Origin: Candidatus Hodarchaeota archaeon
GTDB taxonomy: Archaea; Asgardarchaeota; Heimdallarchaeia; Hodarchaeales; Hodarchaeaceae
Assembly (NCBI GenBank): GCA_016839815.1
Contig: JAEOTM010000089.1
Span: 1 to 53,048 of the forward strand
Reading direction: 5' to 3'
DNA length: 53,048 nt
The position numbers were made by a program, and so were the translations under genes. The notes under the pieces are model-generated. The model was not told the DNA's origin. It made no database searches and worked only from the letters and a program-made list of their open reading frames with translations. Below are positions 52,601 to 53,048 of this stretch, piece after piece. The stretch's first letter is position 1; every line of letters begins with the position of its first letter.

Positions 52601-53048
52601 CAGGTAATCATATTAACCAGACAGTAGTATATATAGTAGATTTTATAGAGGTCGGAATTATTGTCGCTCATGGGGAATATCACCTTGGAGAAATTGGGAA
52701 TGTCTATCAAGATTATGGCTGTGTTGTTAAATATATAGAACAGTCGGAATATCTAATACTGGAATATCTCCTATCATTTGATCTCATTTTCATTGGACGG
52801 GGTGGGTACTCTTGGACCACTGAGGAACTGATAGCCCTTGAGGATTATGTCAATATGGGTGGTTGGGTAATCTTCTCTGATTATCATCCTGAAAATGAGC
52901 TAGAACAATGGTTGTCGGGAAAAGGAGTCGGGACGGTGGAATACACCGAAGAGGATGACTTTGTTACTAATAACTTCTTGAATACTCATCCTCTCTTTGA
53001 TGGTGTAACTGAACTAGTCTTTTATAATGTGAATCACTATATTACTAC
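46669..53048 (+). CDS. Giant secreted/surface protein of tandem GIFT/DUF4350-like plus Ig-like modules (3'-truncated, >2100 aa, not in ORF track)
   Basis: ATG 46669 gives MTDTLLKKNLGKYISKATLILLISTSFFIGIGL (signal-like). No stop was seen in the stretches translated by hand, and absence from the track is consistent with no stop before the window end. Recurring motifs HGE, FDxxFIG, WxxxE.L..Y..SGGW, DN..F..N, VDxTxP and DxxGN. Confidence 0.9.
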   Translation, partial: MTDTLLKKNLGKYISKATLILLISTSFFIGIGLNNINQTKLEVKGKDETVLTKLRGTLLDATLNNVDSSINEIAHELPSTSQSSTGENNIHPIPSYPLPKISNSDTINIAIVGPDNYSINLISDHYERINGTLIETVVRGNSSSTEFTFEWMNTFDMIFLLHAVDLGWTRNELLSLEDYFTSGGIVIDIGGWTGSFTFNRYLARLGIEYQQENPLPNFYTSNFNSIEFSELFTGVSSLNFDYPVPFKLANQFTPLVWDQTDTYAVAGVVERIGYYVMIGSSFEYYIANGDNSIFLDNLLSLTSKTNEGLFLPSSAVLANSQNPSFSWIYNLEGTTVENVDIWVDSVYQGNTSNSWYNLSSLSEGSYNLTLVLTDNSTRTFTTSEILNVDLTKPEVIDIWPTNGTEINEIYEIIRWVYDDPADILTTQLFRQLPATNYYNRVYVDDWFHNNSHQVFKDRGEYNYILRSVDWCGNVLNVSITFTVYYLAAGIIASHGEVSLYRIRNIYQSNNYYAETLYSGNPFSPEWLQRFDVVFIGYGGSAWSSEEIVWINNYIESGGWVVYIHRAYYSDVLLPWLETDYGIIREHTGPGNHFTSTFVHSTPLTENLSQIYFYEAFDTWQILGDLATPFIWSQDGSNTLGAIVESMGRLIALSGDIAYDVYSADNQQFLLNIINEAALSPNEGVALDYNSLVSNISTPTVEWIWNLVNTSVDHFEVLLNSVYVGSTSNSNYTLSSVTEGVHNITIILYTNTSTVYSHSRDLIVDFTPPVFTESNIENHSVQIRSVFDFYFNVSDNFSSSIEDSVWFSGGGNITWTKLDPLYGQVRAYELHLNENGEYQLKIVLTDAAGNKGVYYIDFTLDIPRIGFVENHNENSLNNLKNYFSSNGYYHEVLIYGNQITSNWLESFDIVFIGYGGFPWNLEEFELLNNYIESGGWVVYIHRASYSDVVLPWLESDYGIVKDSSGPGDQYTSTFIHSIPLTEGVSQLYFYYTHNSWQIQGDLAIPFIWSQDGFYEIGAIVEAMGSLIALSGDIDNYLYYTDNQQFISNIISEAVSTPKDGIALKYTSLITNTSSPTVEWIWNLENSSADHFEIYLDSMYINSTNNNNYTLSSVSEGIHNLTVVLYTNTSSTYSHSRNLIVDLTKPIMTESNIENNSVISYSVFDFYFNVSDNLSTYVMNSVWLSGGGNSTWTKLDPLYGEDRRYELHLNENGEYQLKIILTDAAGNAGIYLLFFTLDFPRIGFIQTHGEYDLNHLKNFYANRGASYEVLNFESQITLSWLKQFDLVFIGDSGDNSWTTAEFDALDEYMNEGGWIVCIHGYSYNALLMDWLNTRYGIIRDDYGTGDTHTSLFSSIHPIVKDLNLVSLGWTYDNWNLDNSDADPLIFSSNGQYIISGILEEIGGLVVYCGSLGYSSTVYSYDGPIFWENLVNYVKSRQINGINLDYSSLYANTSSPVISWNVNLENTTLDHIDVFVDEVNVGSTNESSFQLTGLTEGTFNLTVILYDNETNSYSDIESLLVDLTSPTINIRDLVNGSVINSSRIAFVWDSADAFSGVHQEKVYYLAPGNITWTEISIDPYPDPYGTTHCYLNFVERGEYQLKVSVWDRVGNRRDKIISVVVDYFSIGIIRTHGEDEIWILENYYEYERGYLVSYIYEEITLEVLMRYDLVFIGEYGYNSWTTSELDALTDYVTSGGWLVYVYRSDYNEMVINWLKSDYGVIRNEQGPGDFTTSNFLSSHPLFDEITSFYVDDAYNSFSGGIPLLSTESGEFTTGVLVEELGSLIVLSLDPYDSFNQDSWKKFLENLISLAATGQTSGVSIKYSGLVTNSLNPHVSWNYYLENTTVDHFEIFVNDVYFTSTSSSYIDFSDLTEGILEITVILVDNSSTNYSDTKNLIIDITPPMIVDLYPSENEAITFTHGYISWNTTDNLSGIASTKVYLQKPLTYTWESLYIDMYNPNQVIVQFEMSGEYKIKFSLADRAGNHINQTVVYIVDFIEVGIIVAHGEYHLGEIGNVYQDYGCVVKYIEQSEYLILEYLLSFDLIFIGRGGYSWTTEELIALEDYVNMGGWVIFSDYHPENELEQWLSGKGVGTVEYTEEDDFVTNNFLNTHPLFDGVTELVFYNVNHYIT
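46984..53048 (+). repeat. Intragenic tandem repeat of ~372-383 aa, at least 5.3 copies
   Basis: The His of the H[GN]E motif falls at 48148, 49276, 50404, 51553 and 52669 (spacings 1128, 1128, 1149, 1116 nt). A divergent first copy starts near 46984. Confidence 0.92.

Overview
Low-GC archaeal chromosomal segment, most likely from an Asgard archaeon, probably Heimdallarchaeia/Hodarchaeales. This is inferred from a multi-domain gelsolin, a Rab-like GTPase, longin/uDENN-like domains, archaeal CDC48, PAC2 and DRG, and GGTGA-type ribosome-binding sites. The left 15 kb is a co-oriented four-gene cluster: two paralogous ~2000-aa single-pass surface proteins with different cytoplasmic tails (tandem winged-helix-like versus longin-like plus winged-helix/DEP-like), a soluble longin/uDENN-like coiled-coil protein, and a gelsolin with a proline-rich linker. 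This is the best candidate for an undescribed system, a surface-receptor to GTPase-regulator to actin module. The middle holds housekeeping and metabolic genes (GH57, enoyl-CoA hydratase, MFS, serS, hsp20-cdc48-PAC2, DASS, DRG, SSB, a Rab-like GTPase, a metzincin, an ECF transporter with a divergent HTH-PRTase gene, fba class II). The last 6.4 kb is an unterminated >2100-aa ORF absent from the ORF track, built of tandem GIFT/DUF4350-like plus Ig-like modules. No rRNA, tRNA, CRISPR array or mobile element was recognised. All domain calls are by-eye motif recognition, not database results.
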